The notes under the pieces were generated by a model. It was not told where the DNA came from and searched no databases. It saw only the letters and a list, made by a program, of their open reading frames with translations. DNA of 64,000 nucleotides, from positions 186,001-250,000 of the forward strand of contig AP026126.1 in assembly GCA_030295235.1 (NCBI GenBank), given 5' to 3'. Each line of letters starts with the position of its first letter. Positions within the stretch are counted from its first letter, which is position 1. Position numbers and translations under genes: made by a program. Positions 59,954 through 64,000 of this stretch are shown piece after piece. Source of the stretch: Fistulifera solaris. Lineage: Eukaryota.

Positions 59954-60962
59954 ATGAAAGCACAGGAAGTACTCCGTCTCGCCAAAGCTTGTCTCCAAGA
60001 CGATTCTCTTACGGAGCGGTCGGTGTCGACCCGACGCGTTTGCAGTTTATGGTCCGGTATGGGTTCCATTTATGAACTGCGCATCAATAATCGCCTCCAT
60101 GTCGCCGTCAAACACGTACCCGCGGCAAACCCGAAAGAGATGAAAGACTTTGGCGAACGCCGCAAAGCTGTCGCTTACCAAGTGGAGGGGAATTTTTACG
60201 AACATGCGGCACCCCATTTTCCAACACTCCGTTTGCCACAACTTTATCACATCGAACGTTCCGAAAATTCCATTACCCTGTGCCTGGAATGGATGAGTGG
60301 ACCTCGCTATTCCTCCCTCGTCGCGTGTGGAAGACGCATTGACTTGGCTGGCGACCTTGCACAGCGAAAGTTGGGGACGTGCCGATGCCCTTGTCGCATC
60401 GTGTGGATTGCACGCACAGGGAACGTACTGGCATTTGGACACGCGACCCGAGGAACATGCGCAAATGTCGTCCACAGGATGGGAAGGACGGTTAAAACGT
60501 GCGGCACGGGCGATTCATGATGCGCTGGAGCGCGATGTCATGCAATGCATCGTACACGGGGATGTGAAGGAGCCCAATTTATTACTCGACCCAGATGGGG
60601 GCGTGACCATGTGCGATTTTCAATACACCGGAAAAGGTTCACCCACCCAAGATTTGGCGTATTTTTTCTGTTCGTCAGTCGACACGGAGGAATGCGATGA
60701 AGAGCAATTGCTAGAGCATTATCACAAAATATTGACGCAGAAGTTAGTCGATCAATCCGCTATTCCTAGCTGGGATCACTTACAGCTTTCGATGGACCTC
60801 GCTTATTGCGATTTCTGTCGATTTATGAGTGGATGGGGTTACTGGGGTTCGGTGGATATCATTCAATCGAGAGTGCAGGCAGTTTTGAATCGCATAGATA
60901 ATGGCAAAGATTTGGGCTCGGAAGAAGCGTACGACGCTGCTATTCGCAATCATTTTTGGTGA
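59954..60962 (+). CDS. Choline/aminoglycoside/ecdysteroid kinase-like protein
   Basis: LWSGMG.I, VAVK, YQVEGNFY, LATLH, IVHGDVK..N, CDFQYTG.G..TQDLAYF; frameshift near 60305. Confidence 0.85.
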
Positions 60963-61236
60963 TTTGAAGCGAAATAATGCTGTGAGATGTGAGAATTGTA
61001 TTATTGCTAAACTAGCTAAAGCAAAGATTTATAAAGAGTGAAATGGCTAAAAGCTGTTTTAGAGAACGAGTTCATCATTCGTGATTGACAAAAGTCCCGG
61101 AAGCCGTCCGTCGTCGTTCACTTCGATGCGTTTCGTTTCCCTTCCGACACTTATTTCTCAAGGTTTGTTGTGCTGTGCTTCTTATTGTTTCCTTCTTAAA
61201 GGAATAATCAAACAACATCTGATTACTAATACACAA

Positions 61237-62168
61237 ATGGAACGACTACAACAACTGATGAACAGCATGCCCGGCGGCATGGGCGGTATGGGCGGAGGTG
61301 ACTCGCCGTCACCGGATTGCTCCGAAAAAGTACACGTGTCTTCGTTAGCCTTGCTGAAAATGTTGAAACACGGACGTGCGGGGGTTCCTATGGAAGTCAT
61401 GGGACTCATGTTGGGGCAATTTGTCGATGATTACACCATTCATTGTGTCGATGTCTTTGCCATGCCGCAATCGGGAACGACCGTCTCCGTTGAGGCCGTC
61501 GATCCGGTCTTTCAAACGAAAATGATGGAAATGCTCAAGCAGACGGGTCGTCCGGAAATGGTCGTGGGGTGGTATCATTCTCATCCCGGTTTCGGGTGTT
61601 GGTTGTCTTCTACAGATATTAATACGCAATCCTCGTTTGAGCAGCTCAATCCCCGCACGGTAGCACTCGTGGTAGACCCCATTCAGTCCGTGAAAGGAAA
61701 GGTTGTTATCGACTGCTTTCGTCTCATTAATCCGCAGCTCATGATGTTGGGACAAGAACCACGACAAACGACCAGCAACATCGGTCACTTGCAAAAACCC
61801 AGCATCCAAGCACTCATTCACGGCCTCAACCGACACTACTACAGCATCGTCATTGACTATCGCAAGAACGAGCTCGAAGAGCAAATGCTCATGAATTTAC
61901 ACAAACGGAACTGGACGGCCGGACTTAAAGTACAAAAGTACGAAGATCACCAAACGTCTACCGTTGAGCTGGTGGAAAAGATGGTCAAGCTCACTCGGGA
62001 CTACAACGAGCGAGTGCAACAAGAAGAGGGGAAAACGGTCGAGCAAATTACGGTGGATAATGTGGGAAGATCGACCCGAAACGGCATTTAGAAGCCAGTG
62101 TCATAGATTTGATGAGTTCTAACATTATTCAGTGTCTGGGAACCATGTTAGACACGGTTGTTTTTTAA
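61237..62168 (+). CDS. RPN11: 26S proteasome deubiquitinase subunit RPN11 (PSMD14)
   Basis: [26 protein letters not shown] and [18 protein letters not shown] motif. The conserved tail IDPKRHLE...[10 protein letters not shown] is in a shifted frame after 62068. Confidence 0.97.
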
Positions 62169-62653
62169 AACGTAAAGCTGCAAATGGATTGTATGTCATC
62201 AACAGCAATATTGAAATGAAACACAAGTAATAGTATTAGCCATTACAGTAGAAGTTTTGTTTCGTACCTCTTGCTTGCTGAGATCAGGTAGTCTTGTTCT
62301 TGGATAGACGGAAATAGAGCGCTATGATGCGGGTGTTCGAGCCGTCGCGTTCCTGAAAATAGACCACTTCACTGAAAATCACGGGTTTTACTCTGTGCTT
62401 CATCTGAAACGGCAAGTACCGGTACTCCTCTTCCCCACACCCTACCAGTAGGATGTCGAGTCGACAATCTCGCCAGATCCGAGACGCTTGGTTTTGATTC
62501 TCATTCATACGTTTCATGCTTTGTGCGGAACAAGTAAAGACGCATTGGGCCTCTCCACCAAAATGACAAGCAAGTCAACCTTTACGTTGCTCATAAAATG
62601 ATTTATTTATAGTTGATTATATCTTCAGCTACCGATCTCTTCACCATGACGCT

Positions 62654-63706
62654 TCACTCCTCTGATTGTGCCGCCTTCCACTTGATGTAGTCTGCCTTCT
62701 GCTGTGCCAAGCGTTCCATCATGCCAAAGTAATCAAATTTGAGAGAACCCTTCCCTCGGTTCGAGCATTTGCCTTCTTCTGGATAGAATCTATCATGATC
62801 TGCCGTTCCACTCAAAAACGTAGGAATGTCGTCCTCTCCGTTCATCAATAGATCCGCAAGCTTGGGCTTGGCCTGATCGATTCCCATCAACATGACTTTC
62901 GAGGCGAGTCTTCCCGGCATCAGTGGCAGCAGTAGATTCATTACAAATTGAACAATGCTGCTGACTGGAGCAGAGATAAGGAGACTGAGACGATCCGGAT
63001 AACCACGAACCAAGGCCTTTAGCGTATTAATCATGAATTGAGGGTTCGGCGGCGGAGGAGACCCACTGTCTGCCACCACGACAAAATCGGTGACACCATC
63101 GGGCATGGAACGAATACCCGCATCCGCAAACAAAATCAAGGCATCGACTTCGGCATCGACGTTTGGATACCAAGGCTTGCGATTTGTTCGAATCCACATG
63201 ACGGGTCGACCATCTTTGGTAAACCCGTGCCAGTAGACAGAACCCGTGTTCAGACTGGTGACAAGTGCCTGTGCTTTCGACAATTTGTCCGGCTGTTCGG
63301 TGGCTTCCGGAGAGTACGGATCACCGTTCGCCAGATTGACAAGATCCTCCATCTCCGGTGCACCTGCCTCTTTACGCCATTGCATAACGTGAGTGAGCTT
63401 TTCCTGGGAGTATTCCAGAGGACGTCGCTTCTTGGGGTCTTTTGAGTAAGGTTTCGATGCGACCGAACGAATGTACGCGTCCGACAGATACATTGCATCC
63501 TCCGGAAAATCCGTGGCGATCGCAGCTCGTAATGTCGCAAGTTCTTCATCTGTTACGGCGAATTCACCTCGAACGCCTTCGTCTGCGTCTTCCTGTAAAG
63601 CATCTTCGAAGTCGTTGTCTACTTCAGCAGACATTTGTGCTTTCACTTCATCCTCGTTGTACTTGGCCGGCTCGGGCTCGGATGAGAAACCCAGCAAATT
63701 GAACAT
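62654..63706 (-). CDS. CRAL-TRIO (Sec14-like) lipid-binding protein
   Basis: YWHGFTKDGRPVMWIR, GYPDRL..L...P, L.P.RLASKV, IPTFLSG. Confidence 0.85.
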   Translation of the reverse strand: MFNLLGFSSEPEPAKYNEDEVKAQMSAEVDNDFEDALQEDADEGVRGEFAVTDEELATLRAAIATDFPEDAMYLSDAYIRSVASKPYSKDPKKRRPLEYSQEKLTHVMQWRKEAGAPEMEDLVNLANGDPYSPEATEQPDKLSKAQALVTSLNTGSVYWHGFTKDGRPVMWIRTNRKPWYPNVDAEVDALILFADAGIRSMPDGVTDFVVVADSGSPPPPNPQFMINTLKALVRGYPDRLSLLISAPVSSIVQFVMNLLLPLMPGRLASKVMLMGIDQAKPKLADLLMNGEDDIPTFLSGTADHDRFYPEEGKCSNRGKGSLKFDYFGMMERLAQQKADYIKWKAAQSEE

Positions 63707-64000
63707 GAGATCTTCCTTTCCTTTCTTAACTCGTGCACCGAAAGAGGTTATTCTCACGAGCAATCGATGAGAATGGCGATGATGATGGCTTTATTTCTTC
63801 GCGTGACTTGCACACTTTTTTCTCGTTGCGTTTCTACGTGCTTTTGTAGCTGCTTGTTTGAGGTCAGCAATGGCTCGAACTTCGAACGAAGTCGACCGTG
63901 CGTGCCGCGCCCGTCGGTCCATAATGAGTGTTCACTACTGCGCATCGGTACTAAATTACTCGAAGTAATTCGAGTTCCGATCAGCAACAGATTAACGGTC

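Noticed and set aside
62060..62070. Programmed ribosomal frameshifting in RPN11 and other genes
   Set aside because: No shared slippery motif across sites; homopolymer context favours sequencing error.

Overview
Gene-dense eukaryotic nuclear DNA, most likely from a pennate diatom (inference from short GT-AG introns, bipartite plastid presequences ending in AF, a DUF6824-type protein, HSF proteins and diatom-type Cys-rich surface proteins). About 37 protein-coding loci can be supported. Confident calls include dihydroorotase, homogentisate dioxygenase, a sterol delta-7 reductase, Ku70, BCP1, RPN11, an AIF-like flavoprotein, a trypsin, a fibrillin, a CRAL-TRIO protein and several glycosyltransferases. 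Mobile DNA comprises a ~3.2 kb CRE-like non-LTR retrotransposon (RT, CCHC, restriction-like endonuclease) and a 46-49 kb repeat island with a 563-bp MITE flanked by a perfect 8-bp target-site duplication, a palindromic 30-bp array and an 84-bp tandem repeat. Many genes, including essential RPN11, carry single-base frameshifts, best explained as assembly consensus errors. The most intriguing items are a Lin0512-like domain fused to two HSF DNA-binding domains, a protein with three tropomodulin-type LRR domains, a stand-alone FLASH-N-terminal-like microprotein, an aquaporin-like protein lacking both NPA motifs, and a recurrent intergenic TACCWGGTA palindrome. All family assignments are by-eye motif recognition; no database searches were run.
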